This document shows, piece by piece, positions 7,515-10,560 of a stretch of 10,560 bases of DNA. The DNA lies in contig CP070655.1 of NCBI GenBank assembly GCA_020354945.1, positions 124,252-134,811 of the forward strand, given 5' to 3'. A program made the translations under genes and the position numbers. How positions within the stretch are numbered: the first letter of the stretch is position 1; every line of letters begins with the position of its first letter. The stretch is from Candidatus Omnitrophota bacterium. GTDB lineage: Bacteria > Omnitrophota > Gorgyraeia > JABMRG01 > JAFGKX01. Below the pieces are notes generated by a model. The model was given only the letters and a program-made list of their open reading frames with translations, did no database searches and was not told the origin of the DNA.

Positions 7515-7538
7515 GTAGGAGCCGCCTCCGGCGGCGAA
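7515..7538 (+). repeat. GTAG-family REP-like palindrome
   Basis: GTAG-GA-GCCGCC-TCC-GGCGGC-GAA: a GTAG tetranucleotide followed by a 6-bp GC stem, a GC island in an AT-rich 40-nt spacer. Confidence 0.6.
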
Positions 7539-7544
7539 TATGAA

Positions 7545-9065
7545 ATGAAAGATATAAAGACAGAATATAGGAACGAATTTCTTAAACGGTTCACCCAAAG
7601 TGAAATTTTTAAAGAGGAACAGTCCTCTTTTAATAACATATTGGGAAGGGTGCAGTGGTGTTTGTTTCCGTCTGCAACGGGAAAATTGATTGACAAACAA
7701 TTAAAAGAAATCGCAGTAACAGGGCCCCAGAAAAGAATCCTTTTGAATAAAAGATATAAAAAGCTATTATGTTCAAATATTGATAAGGTAAAAAGAACAA
7801 AGAACCTGTCGCTATTTAAAAACAACAGTTTCTATAATGTTTGCCTGCCGCTCGGAAGAGGGGACAATATTTATGGCTATTTAGTATTGAGCGGCCTTAG
7901 AAAAAGACTTGGTAGCGAGTTGCTGGCGTTATTGATGAGTTTTACCAATTCTATAATCGAAGAGATTAGCAAAGAGATGGAACTTTCAAAGTTATATGAA
8001 GTTATAAGGCCCAGGGCAATCGCACTTTCAACCATCCACACCATTCATAGGCTGATAAGCTCAACCCTGGACATTAACGAACTATTGCCAAGGATTGCCC
8101 GGCTGGCCCTTCAGGTATTAAGGGCAGAGCGGGCGGCAATATATATGTTAGAAAAAGAAACTTCTAAATTAAAGTGTGCCGCATCAGTTAATTATACAAA
8201 GGCCAAAGATTTTTTTAAGATTAGCCAAAGATGCAGCCCTTTAGCCCAAAGAATCCTTTCTACTGCCCGCTCAATATTAAAGAAGGATTTATTGGCTGTG
8301 CCGTTGATAGAAGAAGAGGATGTTATCGGGGTTATAGCGGTTAGAAATAAACTCGAAGAAAAAAGTTTCACTATGTTCGACCAGGAAATACTCATTACGT
8401 TAGCAGAACAGGCAGTGATAGCTATTAGAAACGCCGAACTTTACATGGAGCAGCAGGATATAACAATAGGAAGTATAAAATCATTGGCATCGTTGCTGGA
8501 TCTTAAATTACCTGGCGCTTACACTCACACCAATCTATTTGTTGAATTAATCTTAGCCTTAGGCAGAGAGATGAATCTTTCCAGGGAAGAGATGAGGTAT
8601 TTACATTATTCTGCTTTATTGCCGGATATAGGCATGGTATTTGTCCCCGAACAAATACTCAGAAAGACGACTCCTTTGAACAAGAAGGAATTTCGGCTTA
8701 TAAAAAAGCACACCAAAAAAGCAGTAGAGATTACGCGGTATCTAAAGGATCTGGAGCCGACCATACCGATAATTTTGCATCATCACGAAAGATTCGACGG
8801 TAAAGGTTATCCCGATAGATTAAAAGGCAATAAGATACCGGTAGGATCTAGAATCATGGCAGTGGGTGATGCGTTTGAAGCAATGATACGCAGGCGCCCT
8901 CGCCGTAAACCACTCACACCCACAAAGGCTGTCTTTGAAATAGAATCGCAATCCGGTAAACAATTCGACCCAAAGGTAGTCGATGCCTTTATGAAACTCT
9001 TTAACGACGGCAGATTAGGCAGTTTGGTCAAAGGTCACAAGCATGAGCTTAAAAAGATTTTTTAA
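7545..9065 (+). CDS. Sensor (PocR/GAF-like) plus GAF plus HD-GYP protein with a degenerate HD dyad
   Basis: GAF features: ISSTLDINELL, LLAVPLI.EEDVIGVI, F...DQEILITLAEQAVIAIRNAELY. HD-GYP features: HHERFDGKGYP, RIMAVGDAFEAM, SGKQFDP. LLPDIG replaces LLHDIG. Confidence 0.88.
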   Translation: MKDIKTEYRNEFLKRFTQSEIFKEEQSSFNNILGRVQWCLFPSATGKLIDKQLKEIAVTGPQKRILLNKRYKKLLCSNIDKVKRTKNLSLFKNNSFYNVCLPLGRGDNIYGYLVLSGLRKRLGSELLALLMSFTNSIIEEISKEMELSKLYEVIRPRAIALSTIHTIHRLISSTLDINELLPRIARLALQVLRAERAAIYMLEKETSKLKCAASVNYTKAKDFFKISQRCSPLAQRILSTARSILKKDLLAVPLIEEEDVIGVIAVRNKLEEKSFTMFDQEILITLAEQAVIAIRNAELYMEQQDITIGSIKSLASLLDLKLPGAYTHTNLFVELILALGREMNLSREEMRYLHYSALLPDIGMVFVPEQILRKTTPLNKKEFRLIKKHTKKAVEITRYLKDLEPTIPIILHHHERFDGKGYPDRLKGNKIPVGSRIMAVGDAFEAMIRRRPRRKPLTPTKAVFEIESQSGKQFDPKVVDAFMKLFNDGRLGSLVKGHKHELKKIF

Positions 9066-9303
9066 ATCGCACATACACAGAAAGATAATCATCTTTTTCC
9101 ATCAAAATCCATCCAGTATCGATACCCCCCGCGGAGTAGCTACCTGGATCAATTACGATAGGCCGAAGGTAAACAAGGCATTAAAGGAACTGGCCAAACA
9201 CAAGATACTCGATATCCACAAATCTGCCACCGCCACCGGCTACTCCTATACCAGAGATAAAAAAATAATAAGAGAGATAAAAAAACAGCTGCAAGATATC
9301 TAA
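9043..9303 (+). CDS. Small winged-helix-turn-helix protein
   Basis: 86 aa, basic. Helix, then DTPRGVATWINY helix, then RPKVNKALKELAKHKIL helix, then a beta wing (..GYSYT). Overlaps the HD-GYP gene by 23 nt and the next gene by TAATG. Confidence 0.65.
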   Translation: MSLKRFFKSHIHRKIIIFFHQNPSSIDTPRGVATWINYDRPKVNKALKELAKHKILDIHKSATATGYSYTRDKKIIREIKKQLQDI

Positions 9304-9983
9304 TGGGCAGAATAGCAAAATCGTTAATAATAGCTATCGTCGTTATCCTGTTCGCATTTACCGCCGTTTTAAAAACTCCTTTAGTAAAATATCCGGTTTC
9401 TTTATTCCTTTCCCGCTGCCTAAAATCAGATATATCAATAAAAAAATGCGGCTTTTCATTTACAAAAGGGATAAAGGCTTCCGATGTTGAGATTAAAAAT
9501 AAAAAAGGCCTCCATTGTATTATAAAAAATGCTGATATACAGTTTGATTTCCTTTATTTGGCAAAAAAGGGGCTGGGTTTTAATTATTCATTAAAATCAG
9601 TCAGATTTTCTTATCCGGCCTCCGAAGTTATAAATGGTATTGCTAGATTATTTGCTATTGAGCCGACTCGGTTGCTAGAATTTGACACTGTCGATGGAAT
9701 AGTTTACATTAAACCCGATGAAATTGTCATAAAAGATTTGAATGCCGCGGGGAAAGACATAAGCCTTTTTGCTAACGGCACAACAACGGAGAATAAATAT
9801 ATTAATTATGCGCTTAAACTAATATTATCGGAAAGTTTGACTTTGAAAATTTCGGAAAATATACGTCAGTTTTTCTTCAAAAAAGAACAAGAACATTCCA
9901 TCGTAGAACTATATTTAAGCGGCAATGTAAAAAAGCCCTCCATAAACTTCTCCACCCCCCTCTTCAAACTCCGCATAAAATAG
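9303..9983 (+). CDS. Membrane-anchored beta-rich protein, AsmA-like/GspN-like
   Basis: N-terminal hydrophobic anchor, repeated amphipathic beta strands, and a C-terminal LYLSGNVKKPSINF pattern resembling AsmA/GspN C-termini. Confidence 0.5.
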   Translation: MGRIAKSLIIAIVVILFAFTAVLKTPLVKYPVSLFLSRCLKSDISIKKCGFSFTKGIKASDVEIKNKKGLHCIIKNADIQFDFLYLAKKGLGFNYSLKSVRFSYPASEVINGIARLFAIEPTRLLEFDTVDGIVYIKPDEIVIKDLNAAGKDISLFANGTTTENKYINYALKLILSESLTLKISENIRQFFFKKEQEHSIVELYLSGNVKKPSINFSTPLFKLRIK

Positions 9984-9986
9984 GGC

Positions 9987-10165
9987 GCTCAGGGCATTGT
10001 TCGCAAAACTAATTTTTCCCGCCGTACTTTTGAACTTATGACTCGTTCGTTTGGCGGAATTCTTTAGCAAGAAAGTAGCGAGTCAGTTCCGCCACTCACT
10101 CGCCATAAGTCCTAAAAGTACATTTGGCGGGAAAAATTAATTGTTTTGCTCACAATGCCCTTCGC
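9987..10165 (-). repeat. Long imperfect inverted repeat (structured ssDNA/RNA or MITE-like element)
   Basis: Paired blocks 9991-10000/10152-10161, 10003-10009/10143-10149, 10010-10023/10126-10139, 10024-10031/10114-10121, 10034-10040/10104-10110 and 10053-10059/10087-10093. Mismatches read as GA/GA and G.T on the minus strand. Confidence 0.85.
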
Positions 10166-10231
10166 TTAAGGCGTTAGTTTTGCCAAAAAATTTCTGATGC
10201 CTCGCTCACAATGCTCCTCGCTTGAGGCGTT
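10148..10231. repeat. 28-bp imperfect direct repeat, two copies with a 56-nt period
   Basis: GCTCACAATGCCCTTCGCTTAAGGCGTT (10148-10175) versus GCTCACAATGCTCCTCGCTTGAGGCGTT (10204-10231): 25/28 identical. Confidence 0.85.
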
Positions 10232-10279
10232 TTTGAAATACTAAAAAAGGAATATTTTCAGACAAATTTCAGTTTTCGC

Positions 10280-10308
10280 TTTTAAAACCGGTTTTTTTTA
10301 TATATAAT
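10280..10308 (+). promoter_or_regulatory. Putative sigma70 promoter for the last gene
   Basis: Perfect -10 TATAAT at 10303-10308. The -35 is weak (TTTTAA at 17-bp spacing). Upstream DNA is AT-rich. Confidence 0.45.
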
Positions 10309-10313
10309 GTATA

Positions 10314-10368
10314 GGATCAGACCCTGGGATGTGATATCTGCTTTCAAAGGGTCTGACCATTTAGGAGG
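10314..10368 (+). promoter_or_regulatory. 5' leader stem-loop followed by a strong RBS
   Basis: TCAGACCCT (10317-10325)/AGGGTCTGA (10348-10356) 9-bp stem, extendable by GG/CC. AGGAGG at 10363-10368. Confidence 0.5.
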
Positions 10369-10372
10369 AAAC

Positions 10373-10560
10373 ATGCCCGATACATTTTTAATAACTTTGG
10401 TATTCATTGCCTTATGCACCATAATCGGAGCCTTTGTTAAGGGACGCAGCAAGGACAGATGCCTCGTAGATTTTAAAAACTCGCCAGTCACTTTAGAACT
10501 AAAGGACGGTAAATCAGTCTGGGGCAGGCTCAATGTAGAACACACCGGAATTGAATTAAT
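10373..10560 (+). CDS. Hypothetical membrane-anchored protein (3' truncated by window edge)
   Basis: Not in the ORF track. AGGAGG then ATG 10373, open to the window end: MPDTFLITLVFIALCTIIGAFVKGRSKDRCLVDFKNSPVTLELKDGKSVWGRLNVEHTGIEL. N-terminal transmembrane helix followed by basic residues. Confidence 0.85.
   Translation, partial: MPDTFLITLVFIALCTIIGAFVKGRSKDRCLVDFKNSPVTLELKDGKSVWGRLNVEHTGIEL

Noticed and set aside
468-9031. Minus-strand ORFs in the track (468-725, 1239-1595, 1782-1964, 2224-2427, 4278-4826, 5645-5881, 6562-6747, 6778-6990, 7395-7700, 7508-7825, 8192-8395, 8807-9031)
   Set aside because: All lie antisense to well-supported + strand genes or the tRNA and show no recognisable motifs. 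They are shadow ORFs.
10148-10231. CRISPR mini-array (28-nt repeat, 28-nt spacer, 28-nt repeat)
   Set aside because: Only two imperfect copies, no cas genes in the window, and the first copy is part of the arm of a larger inverted repeat.
10282-10545. 87-aa minus-strand ORF
   Set aside because: It is antisense to a + strand ORF at 10373 that has AGGAGG, an upstream TATAAT and a plausible transmembrane N-terminus.
2624-10560. Large genomic island or prophage integrated at tRNA-Gly
   Set aside because: The att-like duplicate is only ~200 bp from the tRNA. There are no integrase or phage genes, and the downstream genes look chromosomal.

Overview
AT-rich bacterial chromosomal segment with every real gene on the + strand, probably from an anaerobic or uncultured lineage (Omnitrophota-like is only an impression). 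Gene order: 3' end of thiE, thiC, a PfkB kinase, tRNA-Gly(CCC), an NlpD-like LysM/M23 lipoprotein, a STAND-like P-loop ATPase with a C-terminal Mrr/REase-like domain, an archaeal-type thymidylate synthase, a HIT hydrolase, a dGTPase, a GAF/HD-GYP protein, a small winged-helix protein, an AsmA-like protein, and the start of a membrane-anchored hypothetical protein. The most unusual signals are non-coding. (i) A ~200-bp hairpin-packed element lies between tRNA-Gly and a degenerate second copy of the tRNA 3' end, and its terminal inverted repeats are the tRNA T-loop itself. (ii) A ~180-bp fold-back at 9987-10165 has mismatches that resolve on the minus strand into four tandem G.A/A.G pairs. (iii) Both elements share the module GAGTGAGTGGC...GCC(A)nCGA(C)ACGA, which suggests one family of strand-specific structured non-autonomous elements. 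There is also a GTAG-type REP. Three proteins (M23, ATPase, HD-GYP) have substituted catalytic motifs. All calls come from reading the sequence by eye; no searches were run.
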